Source: Vicugna vicugna (lineage: Eukaryota). Taken from it: DNA of 64,000 bases. Each line of letters begins with the position of its first letter. Position 1 is the stretch's first letter. The stretch spans positions 1-64,000 of the forward strand of contig MU058433.1 of NCBI GenBank assembly GCA_013265495.1, read 5' to 3'. The notes below the pieces were generated by a model. That model worked only from the letters and a program-made list of their open reading frames with translations. It was not told where the DNA came from and did not search any database. The position numbers and the translations under genes are program-made. Positions 41,815 through 54,386 of the stretch are shown here, one piece after another.

Positions 41815-42600
41815 GAGTTCAGTTTTACATATATTTGAGATGTCTATTTCATATCCAAATGGAAATGTAGGAAGTCCAGTATTGTGAGTCTAGACTTCTT
41901 CAGCATTGATAGAGTATTTAGAATCGTGAGATTAATGAGTATAGTGAAAGGATAGGGGTACAAAGACTGAGCCATAGGCAGTACAATATTTAGAAGTCTG
42001 GAAGGTTCATCAGATGAATTTAGCAAAGGAAGTTGAGAGCAAGTAAAGCATTGTCAGGAAGTTAAATGAGAGGGAAAGAATCCAACTGAAGAAGGAGAAG
42101 AATTTCAGAAGGGGAGAGAGTAACCAACTGTGTCAAATTGTGCTGGTAGGTCAGTAAAATGAACACTGAGAATTGACCACTGGATTTGAACAAGAGAGAC
42201 CAGTTAGACTGGAGAGCATGGTGAGACTGAGTCTGGACGAGTGGTGAGGGCAGAAAACCTGACTGGAGTGGGTTTAAAAGTAAATGGGTTGGAAAGGAAG
42301 TGGATCCAATAAGAGTATTGGAAATGTTAGTGATGGCTGTGTGGAAATACAAAATTAAGGGTTTTTGTTTTGTTTTCCTTAAGATGAGACCATTACAACA
42401 TGGTTTTATTCGGATGGGAACAATCCAGGGAGGAAGAACACAGTGATGTGAGAAAAACACAAAACAGTGGCAAGAGTAGCTGCTGAGAAGATAGAAGGAC
42501 TGCAATCAAGTGCCCAAGTGAAGAGCTTGATTTGGGAGCATGGTCAGTGTATTCATTATAACAGGAGGCGGGGCCGAGTATACGGGTACAAAGGCAAGTT
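41815..42600 (-). mobile_element. Ancient L2 fragment
   Basis: Purine-rich L2-like sequence (tttgagatgtctatt..atccaaatggaaatg; actgagaattgaccactggattt). Bounds approximate. Confidence 0.6.
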
Positions 42601-42769
42601 AGTTGGTTGATTTAGTGGCAGACATGGGGGAAAGTCACTTTTTGCCATCTTGTTGGAATAAGCAAAATATCACCTGAGACAGAATATATAAAAGGATGTT
42701 GAGGGTTTGAGAAGGGCAGAGAAGACATGCAATGATCAACTCAAAAATATAAGGTAGTGAATTGACCAG

Positions 42770-42925
42770 GGCCTTGGATCTCCAAGCGTGGTCTCTAGAC
42801 AGACGGCATCAGGATCACCTGGAAATTGGTAGAAATGCACATTTTAGGGGCCCTACCCTAGACCTGCAGAATCAGAAGCCTTTGGAATGAAGCTCAAAAA
42901 CTTGCGTTTCAACACAGGTTTCTGG
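42770..42925. mobile_element. MER5A-like remnant
   Basis: ggcatcaggatcacctggaaattggtagaaatgcacattttaggggccctaccctagacctgcagaatcagaa. Confidence 0.65.
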
Positions 42926-43749
42926 TGAAAAAAGTTAGCATAGGAAAATGCAGTAAGAAACACAAACAGAACAGTGAAGGCTTTGGTAATGAAGTTAAAT
43001 GAGGCTAGTCAACACAATTGTCTGCTTTCGTCTGCCTACATAGAGAAGAGGCAGAGCTGGAGAGAACCATGGTGAGTTTGCTAGGAGGATATTACGCCAG
43101 AATAATTAAGACAGAGCAGTACTGAAGCTAGAAAACTGCGGTTAGGAAGCAATAGAAGGCCCCAGGAGGACCCCCCCACCCCACTTCTGAGTCCACAGGG
43201 AATGAAGGAAGCAGGCAGCACTGCTGGAGAAGCGGTGTCCTCGGCGGCCAGCCGGACTTCAGTCACAGCAGGAAGGCGAGGGAACGTTTATGGGAAAGGT
43301 TGCCGATACAAGGTTTGTTTCACTGTTGCCAAACTGAGCTCTACATGGTGGGGCGCGATGGTTTGGAGAACTGATGAGTCAGATGAGGGATTTTTCAGAG
43401 CACCTAGGGAGAATCAGGACGATGGTCTGAAGAATTTGGGCTTTTTATGTAAACTGAGGACATAAGGCTTAATCGGATTCAGAGAGACATCTTAATGGAG
43501 GCGGGTGGTGAAAAATCTGTTCTTGGCTATAATTTTCTTTCTGGAGCTGTATTGTTTTGGTGGGTGGTGGTAGTGGAGTGAGGGGTCTCTGGCAGTAGGT
43601 TTACTTGAAGCACTTGGAGCTCAGGGCCTCCTCCAGTCTTGCCGATGGTCATGTCAGGGCTGGAGGAGGGGTGGCTTGTCAGGACCACATGGATGTCTGC
43701 GGGCTCTCTTTTCAGTCCAGGATCTGAATGCTTTTCCTCTCCTCCTCTG

Positions 43750-44400
43750 CTGCTCCTGCCCTAGTCCCAGACACCGCCACCTCCCACTCGCTCTAACTAG
43801 TTTTCCTGATTCCAGTTTTTCCTTCTACCACAGTGTATTCCCCACTCAGCAGCCAGACCGATATATTGAATCACTCCATCCCTTCGCCTAAAATCCAGCC
43901 GTGATTTTTCTGTTGCATTCATAATAAAATCCAAAGTCCTTACCAGACCTACAAAGCTCTTCATGATTCTGATAATCCTCCTTTTCCCTCTGTCTTTTGG
44001 TTCATCCCACTCCAGCCGCACTGCCCCCTTGCTATTCTTCAAACACAAGACTATTCTTACCGCATGGCTTTTGCTCTCATGCAGCCTGCTCTGCCTGGAA
44101 CATACTTCTCCCAGGGAACTGCATGTGCAGCTCTTCTGCTCAGCTGTCACCTTTCAGAGAGGCCTTCCCTGATGACTCCCTGCTTAGAATCATCTATCCT
44201 GCTTCACCGGTCTTTATAGCACTTATCATCACGTAACCTATCACGTAGCTATACATTCAAGTGGTTGTATTCCCACAAAAGAAAGAGAATAAACTCCACA
44301 AATAGAGGATATTTGTTTTGTCACTGCTGTTTTTTAAGGCCTAACACAATATTTGACTTATTATGGCAAGAGCGTATTAAGTAATCATTGAATAATTGAA
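43750..44400 (+). mobile_element. Ancient L2 3' fragment
   Basis: aataaaatccaaagtccttacc, ttctgctcagctgtcacctttcagagaggccttccctga, and a degenerate (tgaa) tail. Confidence 0.6.
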
Positions 44401-44869
44401 TCACAATTGTTTACCTGCCAATCGGCTGAGATACTTTTGGTGAGGCAGGAGGTGGCGTGACAGGACCTTGGTTAACTATAGAGAACAAAGCTGCAAACGT
44501 CAGATGTGTGGAAGGATGTGATCTTCTTGAAAGGCGCCATGCCCCGTGGGGACCCGGGGTGGCCGTGGCTGGGCTGTGCAGTGAGAGTGGCAGCAGCTCC
44601 GTCCCTCTCTGCTGGACAGAACAGCAGCAGCCCCGCAGGGCCCTGTGATCGTGACAGCGACAATTCATGAAGAGACTCCTGGTGGTTAAATTCTTGTCAA
44701 GACCTGGCTGAATGTGGATCCCTCCTACTCTGGCCTACCAGCTCATTCTTCTTCCACACTCAAAGCTGAGCAATCTGGACTTGAGAAATCAAGGAAATCT
44801 TTACGACTAAATATCCGAGTCAGTCTCTGTAGCAGCGTCTCATGGGCACGTTTTGACTGTCTTCCTCCA

Positions 44870-45195
44870 CACGTGGGTCTGTTTATGGATCTCTACGTAT
44901 TTGTGTGCAGCCGTGTGTGTACAGGGCTGTGTGTACGTGGCTGTGTGTACAGTGTGTTGACTTTATGTGCCTATATACTTGAATCTTTGGCTGTGTGAGC
45001 CACATGTGCACACTGGTCCAAGGCTATATATGTGTGTTCTTGGGTGTGTGGGCATATGATATCTGTACAAGTGTTTCTGTGTGTGCAGATATGATTCTCT
45101 ATCTCTCTGTGAATACATGCATGTGCTACGTGTGTTCATGTATGTACTATGTATGCACGCATGTATGAACATGTATGTGTGTGTATGCCTGCATA
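44870..45195. repeat. Degenerate (TG/TA)n low-complexity tract
   Basis: Alternating purine-pyrimidine run, e.g. atgtatgcacgcatgtatgaacatgtatgtgtgtgtatg. Confidence 0.7.
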
Positions 45196-45307
45196 ATAGG
45201 TGAGGCAGGTGAAGCAGGTGATGTAGGTGTCTATTGCACATAGACAGTTGGCCTTTTTTGCAAAAAAGTAAGCCAAACCTCAGATGGAGGTAAGTTGATG
45301 GAGCCAT

Positions 45308-45313
45308 TTTATT
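45308..45313 (-). terminator. Probable poly(A) signal of UBQLNL
   Basis: AATAAA on the minus strand, ~175 nt after the stop codon. Confidence 0.6.
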
Positions 45314-45485
45314 GACAGATCTTTCAGCCATGGCCAGTGGTCTTTTCAGCAGAGAAGGCATTGTTTGGTTTCTCCTATTCCAGGACTTCTCCTAGCTGGA
45401 AGCATCAGAAGAGACGGAAAAGGCAGAGATGAGGAAGTCAAATGGGTCAGCAGTCAGGTAACCAGCAAACGGGTGGGCACAGTGG

Positions 45486-47330
45486 TTAGGATCCGTGAGA
45501 TCTCCTGAGCTTACGGACGGCTGCGCTGGTGTCTCCCTCGGTGGCAATGAGGGCCTGCAAGTTGGCTTGGTGATTCCCGAACCCCATGGCGTGCAGAGAT
45601 TCCATCTGCTTGCCGAAATGAATCTCAGGGGCTTGCAGGAGGTGGGAAGGGTCTCCAGCTCGGGACTGTAGACTCTGCAGGACCGTTCCAGACTTGTGGC
45701 AGGACTCGGGCCCTTTAGGCTCCTCCATATCTGGCACATCCCAGGCCCAGGGCACTGTGTCAGAGTAGCTGCAGCTGGGTGCAGGAAGCCAGCCCAGGCC
45801 CCATAGGTAGGGTGCAACCCAAGGTAGTAGAACAGGCTCCTCGGTGACCAACAGCTGCAGACCCTGCTCAATCTGCAGTATCGCTTGTGACGCTTTAGGG
45901 TTGGCTAGGGCTGTAAGCATATCAGAAAGCTGTGTCTGCTGCAGAAGGGCGGGCAGCTGCTGCCTCCACTGCTCACTCAGCTGGGGCACACTCATGCACA
46001 GCATCATCTGGGCGGCCAGGGAGGGGTTGTTCAACAGCACCTGCGTCATGCTTCCGGCGATCTGGGAGCCGGTCTGCTCATCCAGCAGCCGGAGGTCATC
46101 CTCTAATTTCTGATTAGAGCTATCTAGAGAGGTTGTGGCATCTCTGTCTTCTGCCTGGGGCTGCTGGGTGAGCTCTATGCTGGGTAAGGCTGGTGCCCCA
46201 GTTAGCTGCTCAAGGTCACAAGTATGACTCCAGCTGCTGGTGGAGCTGGCGGCAGTATTGGCCCTGGAAGTCTGGTTTGCCTTGCTAGGGGTAGCACTGG
46301 CTGAGGCGGTTGAAGATAAATCACGAGAGCTGGCATAGATGACTCGGGCTGTAGGGAGCTGTGGGAGCTGTTCCTGCCACTCCTGCGGTGGTGGTAGAGA
46401 TGGAGGTGAGGACTGGACCGGCTCTGGCACTTGTCCTCCCAGGAGAGCTGTGAAAAGGTTGCCCCCAAATGGATCGTGTGAGCTACTGAGCATTTGGTCA
46501 TTGAAATCAGCGGAGTTCTGACTCAGGGCCTTGCCTTCACCTCGGGTGGTCTCTGAGCCCACATGTGACTGTGGGTCCGATGGATGTTCAAGATTCTGTG
46601 CAGGTTGCTGGATCTGCAATATCTCCTGAATCATGGCAAGATTCCTGGCCAGCTCCAGAGTCTGCCATAGGACATCAGAATCGTCAAAGATGTGTGAGAC
46701 CTCTGGGTTCTGCTGCATCAACTGTTGCATGTCTGGGTGTTCTGAGATCAACCGTCTCATGAAGTCTGTGTTAGACAGAAGCTGCTGGATGCCAGGATTC
46801 TCCAGTATCTGTGCTATGCGCTCCAGACCGAGCACTCCCAGGCCCTGAGTGTGCACCCTGGGCACGCCAGGCTCTGCAGATACAGCTGATTCCACTGGAC
46901 TGTGATTCACACCGGCAGGTTGGTGTACCCCACTGCTGTTTCCTTTGGTGTTTTTGTCCTGGTGGCAGGGCTCATCAGTCGACGGTTTCCGTGAGGAATG
47001 GGCTAGGGGTCTGGAGCTGTGTTTGGACTTGATGACCAAGTGGATGGTGTGGCCATCCAGGATGCCCCTCTGGCTCAGTGTGTCATGGTCTTTGAGAAGG
47101 CGGCCCATGAAGACCAGCACGAGTTGGTCCACTTGGCATTTAAAGTGAGCCGATAGCTTCTCCTTGAACTGCCTCACCGAGGTGTCATCAGTTATCATAA
47201 AGTCTTCCTGCTTGCCTGGTGTCTTCACTATCACTCGAGTGACACTCGAAGCGGTGTTCTTGCCTGCAGGCAGACATGAAGGACGCCCGCTCTGGGCCAT
47301 CCTTGGTGTTCGAGAGATGACGTGCGGCAT
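45486..47330 (-). CDS. UBQLNL: Ubiquilin-like protein, 614 aa, retaining the C-terminal UBA
   Basis: First ATG gives [15 protein letters not shown] (cf. recalled human MWHAISRTSRMSQSG). UBL ([44 protein letters not shown]) and UBA ([22 protein letters not shown]). Confidence 0.92.
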   Translation of the reverse strand: MPHVISRTPRMAQSGRPSCLPAGKNTASSVTRVIVKTPGKQEDFMITDDTSVRQFKEKLSAHFKCQVDQLVLVFMGRLLKDHDTLSQRGILDGHTIHLVIKSKHSSRPLAHSSRKPSTDEPCHQDKNTKGNSSGVHQPAGVNHSPVESAVSAEPGVPRVHTQGLGVLGLERIAQILENPGIQQLLSNTDFMRRLISEHPDMQQLMQQNPEVSHIFDDSDVLWQTLELARNLAMIQEILQIQQPAQNLEHPSDPQSHVGSETTRGEGKALSQNSADFNDQMLSSSHDPFGGNLFTALLGGQVPEPVQSSPPSLPPPQEWQEQLPQLPTARVIYASSRDLSSTASASATPSKANQTSRANTAASSTSSWSHTCDLEQLTGAPALPSIELTQQPQAEDRDATTSLDSSNQKLEDDLRLLDEQTGSQIAGSMTQVLLNNPSLAAQMMLCMSVPQLSEQWRQQLPALLQQTQLSDMLTALANPKASQAILQIEQGLQLLVTEEPVLLPWVAPYLWGLGWLPAPSCSYSDTVPWAWDVPDMEEPKGPESCHKSGTVLQSLQSRAGDPSHLLQAPEIHFGKQMESLHAMGFGNHQANLQALIATEGDTSAAVRKLRRSHGS

Positions 47331-47670
47331 GGACCTTCGTGGCAGGTGGGAAGCAGGTGGAAGTAGGAGCAGGGGCAGAGGGGTGAGGGCAGACAAATAC
47401 TTCTGCTGGCCTCCGTCTCTGGTGTTGTGTTCTTGGTCCACAGGCTGGTTTCCTTGTTGCCCCAAAAGGGATGAGTGACCAGGCTGAGGCCAGGTATTTT
47501 ACGATGTTGTACCCCCACCCCAGTTCTCCAGATGTGGCCTAGCTGAGGTCTGGCGTGGCTACTGATTCATACTTGATAGAAGGTAGGCTAAGTGGTGATG
47601 GCCCCTCCCAGGGTCTCCCCTCCCCTGCCCCACCCACCAAAAGCATACCCTCTTCAGAAAAGGGATATTG

Positions 47671-47693
47671 TGATGTCAACTCAAGCTTTACAG
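47671..47693. promoter_or_regulatory. CRE-like site upstream of UBQLNL (second half-module degenerate)
   Basis: TGATGTCA actc AAGCTTTA cag. Confidence 0.4.
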
Positions 47694-49419
47694 TCTCTGC
47701 CTGAACTAGCTGGGGAAGGAGGTGTACTTTGGGAGTCCACGTCTCCATAACAAAATAAAATAAGACAGTTTTCCAGGAAACTGGGGACAAAGTTCTCAGG
47801 ATGGAACTATTAAAAATAAATAAATAAAAGAACAGATTGTTTATGTGGGATGTATGTTTCTCTGTGGCGCTGTGTGTGGGTCCCTTGATATTAATTATGA
47901 AGAACTAACTGGACATAATCAATGTCTCCCAATCATGAGGGCTGATGGCCATTCTGGGGAGTGGCCCATCTGGAGGAGAAGGAGGACACACTTCTACCAA
48001 TGCTGTGTCCTGCAGTCTGGGGGCCTGGAAGGTTTGTGGGGTTTGACAGGTTTTGGTTGTACCCAAGCCCCAGAGGGTCTTTTGGCTGGTGGTCTTGGCA
48101 GGCTGTGCTTCAGTGTCTGGAAGCTGAGGTCATAAATAACCAGGTAGCCACCACTGTAGACATAGAGCTTGTGATCTGAGGGGCAGTAATGGGTGCCCTG
48201 CAGCATTTCCAGCATCTTACCCAGCAGGATGCTGAGATGGTGCTCCTGCCCAGTGGTGGTATCAAAAGCATAGAAGATCTCCTCTTGGCGGGTGCTCAGT
48301 GAGCGTAAAGCATAGAGCGCCCCACAGGCCATGAAGGCTCCTGACACGGCCGGCTTGTATTGGCTGGTGCGCCAGGTTTTCTCCGCCTCGAGAGTGCTGG
48401 CATTGAGACGACTCACAACCAGGTTCCCCTTGGTCTCCTCAGCGGTGTAGAGCACTCACAGCCCCTTCTCATCTCCAGCAAAGTCCAAGTCCTTCCAGGG
48501 CACGCCAGCATAGGAGAAGCGGTTGTTGTAGGCGGCAGCGGGCAGCGGGCGCTGCAGCACTGGGGTGTTGGAGGAGAGGCCCGCCTTGGCCACGTCACCT
48601 GTGCCGTAGCGGTTCAAGTACATGATGTTCTCGTCCACAGCACTGTCACGATAGCCATCTTCCTCTCCTCATAGTTCTTCAGCAGCGCCAGGTCATCACA
48701 GGACTTGTGCGGCCGGTGGTAGTCAAAGACCCTAGACCAAGCCCCCCGCCAGCATCATCAGGGCAACCAAAAGCTATTTAAAAATGAGCAGGCTGGTGTT
48801 CTGATTAATACTGAGGGCTTTGGAATCAAACAGTGATCTCTCTTTTATTTACAGTATTTTATGACAATAGATAATTGCAACAACAACCGAAAACAGTAAC
48901 AGTAATAACATTAACACTGACCGCAACAAGGCCTAATGGGCACCGGGCTTGCCTTACGTTGTTCGATGATAGTGAAAACACTGGAAGGTAGGTTTATTCC
49001 CACAGATGCAGAGACCGGGTCTCAGAAAGGTTACACAGTTTGCTGGAGGTCATAACTAAATTCTGTGAAAAGAATAACAAAAGGATCTATCTCCTTGATG
49101 GGCAGGACTGACCAAGATAATGCAAGCAAAACAACGAGCGTAAGGTATTCATTTCAGAATAAGCAATGAAAAAGTGAGATACTATTTTTTTCCCTTCTTT
49201 ATGGACACTCTTCTGTGTCTAGACTCCACCACCTTCCACCTGCCCTTGAGACACAGGTGTCCTGTAGCAGGACAATGAATATAAGGAGATTTATATTCAT
49301 GAGGTCACTTTGGAAAGTTCTTTACATTATTCCTGACTTATAAGTATTGTCTTTGCTTAACATTGGCCAGTAAGTCATGCCTTACCCACAGATTTTGAGA
49401 GGATTTAAAAAGCAATGCC

Positions 49420-49760
49420 ATGTATTTATCAAACAGAAACAGACTCAAAAACATAGAAAACAAACTTACGGTTACCAAAGGGGAAAAGAGGGGAAGGATA
49501 AATTGGGAGTCAGAATTAGCAGATACAAACTGCTATATATAAAAGAGATAAATAACAAGGTCCTACTGTATGGCACAAGGAACTGTATTCAATATCTTGT
49601 AATACCCTATAATGAAAAAGAATATGAAAAAGAAGATATGTATGTATGTATAGCTGAATCACTATGCTGTACTAACTGAAACTAACATAGCATTGTAAAT
49701 CAACTGCACCTCAATAAAAGATAAATAATAAAACAGTTACCAGTAAAAAAAAAAAAAGCA
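49420..49760 (+). mobile_element. L1 3' UTR fragment in the OLFM5 intron
   Basis: acagaaacagactcaaaacatagaaaacaaacttacggttaccaaagggg...cattgtaaatcaactgcacctcaataaaa followed by an A tail. Confidence 0.8.
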
Positions 49761-50894
49761 ACGACATGTAAATGTGTTTCATATGCTACAAAATGTCTAT
49801 AGAAATTAGGGAGCATTGTTGTCAGTGGCAATAATCTTCCTGAGATGAGCTTCCACTGCGGCTTTTCAGTGACTAGAGTCACCCTTCCTGCCCAGGATCT
49901 CCTTCCTGCCCAGCTGGGTCTTTATCACTCTCCGGTATGTACTGACTTTAAACACCCTGTCTGTGAGTTGCACCTACCTCCCTGGCCAGGCTGCCAATTC
50001 ACTGAAGGGTTCATCTGTGTACTCATTGATCCATTTAGCAATTTTTTCATCTAACCAATATTTATCAGCACCTGCTATGTTGTCCACACATTTCTATGTA
50101 ATCTCATGTGATATTTTCATATATTGAATCAGCCTCATTTTACAGATAACTAAGAATGGGTCTGAGATGTTCATTCATTTCTCCAAGGACACTGAGCTTA
50201 AGTGGCAGGACTGAGACTCAAACTGGATCTACTTGACTCCAAGTCTGAAACTTCATTAAGTTTATCCTCTAAACTTCTGAGAAGAAGTTAAGAGTCTAAG
50301 GGCCAGGAATGGAAGAGTTAGTTTTTAAGATAAGACCAGGCTAAGGATACAACTGCTTTGGATTATGATAGGGTTAGAGATTCCAGGCAGTAGCTCAGGG
50401 CGGTCTGGACCATCCTTAACCCATGAGAGGAACACTAGGAGGCGATCAGTCGGGCCCAGGCTGTTTATCTGGGGGGAAACCTAAAATAGAGAGAGGAAGC
50501 TGATCGGGGGCCACAGGGAAACTTGTTAGGGCAGGGGAGGGCACATTTGGAATAAACCTGCTTGCAGAAGAGAAATCATCCTGGGCTCACCTGCCATCCA
50601 CACGCAGTGGGGTCACCCAGTCGAGGGCAGAGGCTGGACTGGGTGTCGAGTCTCAGCCCCGGGCACCGTCTTGTACGAGAAGCCTCTCTGATTGAGCTGC
50701 GCCACAGGGGGTCTGGTGACTTCCTGGAGGCCTCCCCAAGCACAGAAACTGAGGGAAGAGTGCAGGCACGCAGCACGCAGGAAGCAGAATGTGAAAGTGT
50801 AATAACCATGTGCTCATTTGAGTGAGTGTCTACATACCTAAGGGTATTTACATGTGTCCCTATGTCTATATCGCCACTCTCATTAAAAAAAAAT

Positions 50895-51031
50895 TTATTT
50901 TTTATTTATTTATTTTTTGGCGGGGAAGTAATTATGTTTGTTTGTTTGTTTAAATGGAGGTACTGGGAATTGAACCCAGGACCTCATGCATGTTACATGA
51001 GCACTCTACCACTGAACCATACCCTGCCCCC
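50895..51031 (-). mobile_element. tRNA-derived SINE (Vic-1-like)
   Basis: ggaggtactgggaattgaacccaggacctcatgcatg..cactctaccactgaaccataccctgcccc. Confidence 0.85.
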
Positions 51032-53119
51032 TCCACTCCCATTTGAAGCTGGGTGAGCCAATATTGGACCAAAGACCCCTTCTCAAGTTGTTGGTTAAGC
51101 TTATAGCACCAACTGGGGTTTCCTTATATAATTTTCAAAAATTAAGATGTGTGGCCGCTGTCCTTCTCTGAACAATCACACTTAAAGCTTCTACAGCCCT
51201 GGTAGTTCGTCTGGCTATGTGTTCAGCCTGTAACTCTAGCCCAGTAGTTTAGCCTTTGTGGGTAACGAAGCAGAGGTTACATAGCCTACAACAGCTCCCA
51301 GGTGGGCCTCCCTTACCTCCCGCATCCTTAGCACAGGAAGAGGGCGGCAGACATCTGGGAAGGACAAGACTTCACAAAAGAGCACAGGTACAACCCAGGA
51401 CTCCTCCCACTGCTGCGTCCATCCTTGTTCCCCTCTTTTACCCTATGCCTATACCCGACAAGGGATAATCGGAGCAGGCAGGGTATCCCATCTTCCTTAT
51501 CTTCCTTCCGTCTGTTGTCTCTAGGTCTTTCCACCTTCACTGTCTCCCATAACCTGGGGCTTCTTGAAAAGGATCAAAGAGAAGAGGAGAGCCATCCTAA
51601 AGCCCAGAACCCTCTCCCTGCATGCCTGTGATCCCTCTGCCCTCCCCCTGTACCTGAGGCTGTCCTGGGAGCACCAGGAGCAGCAGCAGCAGGGGGGTCA
51701 GGAGTTCTGGGACAGGCTGCATCTTGTATCAGCTGCAGACGTGGAGTAAGACATTTGAGCTCCCCTAGGATTTTATCGCTGGCCCAAGTAAACAATCTCA
51801 GCAGAAGGAGCACAGATTTCGACATCAGAAAGGACTGAGAGTGGGAGAGGGTGTGGAGAGGGAGTCGGGGGAGGGTGTGGAAGAAAAGGGTTGTGAAAGA
51901 CAGGTGCCTTCAAAATAGGGGGAGATTGAGCTTCTCACTACAGACGTGTCTTTCTCACCCGTCCCCAAGCTGAGATCTGTCCAGCCCTGCTGGGCCCTCC
52001 TGCCCAAACAGATTAAGGCAAACCTGAGACATCCTGTGGGGGCCTTGGGATGGGTCCCTTTCAGGAAGGATTATGGTCTCAACTTTGAGGGAGGGACTAC
52101 TCTAGGAGAAAATGCTCAGTCTTGAGGACAGAGCCATCTACTTAACCGTGCACCCTTGAATGAGGGTCAAACTGTGTATCCGGGGGTGGGATGGGGTCAC
52201 TCTAGCAGCATGTACAGGCCTGCTCTGTTATATGCCCTCTTTACCCCTAGAAACTTGTCTCCACCGTTATTCTAGGCACCTCCATTCCACCCCACCATTC
52301 TAATGTATCCCTTAATTGGAGCTCCTGATGCCAGCAGATTTCACTGCCTGTTCTCCAAGAAAGCCCCTCCCAGGACTTTCTAATCAGCCACAGGAGCCTG
52401 TCAAGCCTTTGGACTTCCAGACTCTTGCCTGGGGTACCCCTAGAGAGAACCAGGAGCTTGGTTCCTGAGGTCTGAACCAGGAACCACAGCCGTGTTCCCC
52501 GTGCCGGCCACCCTCGATTACTCTGTGTTCTTCTGCTCTGTCTCTTCTCTGAGTACTTGTCAGGCAGTGACAAGTCTCACACCCACCCAAATGCCTAGAA
52601 GGATGTCAGATTTCCTATGAAGAGTGTGTTGCCTCCATGTTTCCACTGAGGAGTTTGGCCTCAGGAGATCCGCTGTCTAAACCCTTTATCATTTCCCTAC
52701 TTCTCGCTGCACCTTCAACTTAGGTACTGTGAGCACTTAGCAAAAGGGCCCTCTGCTGACTCATCCCATCCTTCAGAATCATTTACCCAGCACATAATAT
52801 CTCTACTTCCCCTTCTAAGGAAAGGATCTCAGGGATCAAGTGAAAGTATCACTCCAGGAGGACGTGCCCAGGGCTCTGCTGGGAAAGCCTCAGTGAAAGA
52901 GCATCCCTTTTTATCTTGCTGTGCAGATTTTCACCCTCTGACTCCCTGCCCAAGGTCAGGGACCCATTCTCCATTAACTCCCCTGGTCTGGCCTTGCTGT
53001 AACCATGGGGTCCAGAGGAATCACAGAGGTTGGGGAGGTAGGAGAAGAAGGAGTTGAAAAATCTAAGCTTTGTGGAGTGCGAATCCTATCCGGAATCAGT
53101 GCCAGTAGCTGGCAAGATT

Positions 53120-53650
53120 AAAGAGCTTACATCAAATGTAAACCTAAAGGCATGCTGTGGAAAACATCAGCTAAATGAGTAATGGGTTTCGTGCTAGAGT
53201 AAGAATGAGAAATTGTATAAAACTCAATGTGTTAAATTCAAGGTAATTCTCTTTATTGTGTGATAGCATGGAAGGTGATCAAAAAAGTTTCTGCCTGATG
53301 AAGAATGGTAGTTATTGTAAAGAAGAGTTCTACTGAGATATTTGAACTACGGAACAAAATTTAGTGTTTTTGCAAAATAAGAAACCTTTTTGGTCTCATG
53401 TTTTTCTTAAAGTTTTTTTGGAGGTGGCAGGTAATTCAGTTTATTTATTTATTTTTAGAGGAGGTACTGGGGGGGGTCCCCCACTTCTTAAGGATGTAAG
53501 TTGGGCAGACTTTCTTATTTGATGACCTTTGGTAGTCTTAATATTCTGAATACTTTTATGCAACATATTTTCCAATACTGGATAAATTTCACAGGCAAAT
53601 ACAGAAGTTAGAACATTGGAAGATCAGAGTTTCTACAGAGTGTTAATAGA
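53120..53650 (+). mobile_element. Charlie1-like hAT transposase remnant (duplicate of ~61843-62280), with a partial SINE at ~53410-53475
   Basis: Translates in part to NVLNSR*FSLLCDSMEGDQK, similar to the ZBED5/Charlie1 motif ANALNSRLFSLLCDNMEADHK. Confidence 0.65.
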
Positions 53651-54275
53651 ATGTTAGGGAGGGAGGGATGGAGGGGAGAAGGGTAGGAGAACAGACAGAG
53701 CTTGAAGCCTGACAGCTTACTCTGGAGTCACCTTCCTGTATTTTGCCAACTAAGGCTAGTGAGTGGCTCTAGTGGGAAAAACAGGAGAACCTCAACATGT
53801 GAGCAAAGTGCCTTCAGGAGGCAGCACAGAATTGTCCACGCCCTTCCCTCCCGGGGCCAAGGTCTCCCAAGGTTTAGATAATAATCACCCAGGTCAGGAA
53901 TCATGTCAGTTTCCAGGGCTGTGTTCTGTTTTATTCCTATTGTGGCACTTTCCCAGCCCCTCCTGTTTTCATTCCTTCAGCAAACCTGGAGTTCCTGCTC
54001 TGTGTCACACACAGCAGGAGAGGCCCCATTCAGAGCCACCTTTCAGCAACCCGGTTCTAGTTGTGCAGAGTGATGAAGACGAGGTCCTGATCCCGGGCTG
54101 TGTCCTAGGCCTCCCTGTCCGCCACCGTCCAGGCCCAATGTGTGTGATGCATCTACAGAGATCGATGCGGAGTTAGAAAGAGGGAGGAACCGACTCAGCA
54201 CCGTAGACCCAAGTAGGGAGAGTTCAGTTCTATGTGCTCTTTGCCCCCATGACCGTAATAGCGCTGGAGTTGGCC

Positions 54276-54293
54276 TAGCGCCACCTGGTGGCA
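54276..54293 (-). promoter_or_regulatory. Strong candidate CTCF site
   Basis: Minus strand TGCCACCAGGTGGCGCTA, close to the CTCF consensus TGGCCACCAGGGGGCGCTA. Confidence 0.7.
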
Positions 54294-54386
54294 GACAGTG
54301 GAGATGCCCCGGTTAGAGCTCTGCCCAGATGGGTCCCGCAGCTGGGCTTGGACAACTGAGGGGAACTGCTGAAGAAAATCAGGGGC

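Larger units (their letters stand above)
47994..51722 (-). pseudogene. OLFM5P: Olfactomedin-5 (OLFM4-like) multi-exon pseudogene
   Basis: Exon 51722-51654 encodes a signal peptide MQPVPELLTPLLLLLLVLPGQPQ|gtacag. Exon ~50748-50591 encodes CAWGGLQEVTRPPVAQLNQRGFSYK/fs/GARG*DS..LDWVTPLRVDG(R)|gtgag. The last exon from 48731 encodes VFDYHR../fs/..[27 protein letters not shown]..YDLSF (TGA at 48456-48458). Confidence 0.85.

Noticed and set aside
47331..47465. 45-aa extension of UBQLNL
   Set aside because: Non-ATG (TTG) start with no homology support.
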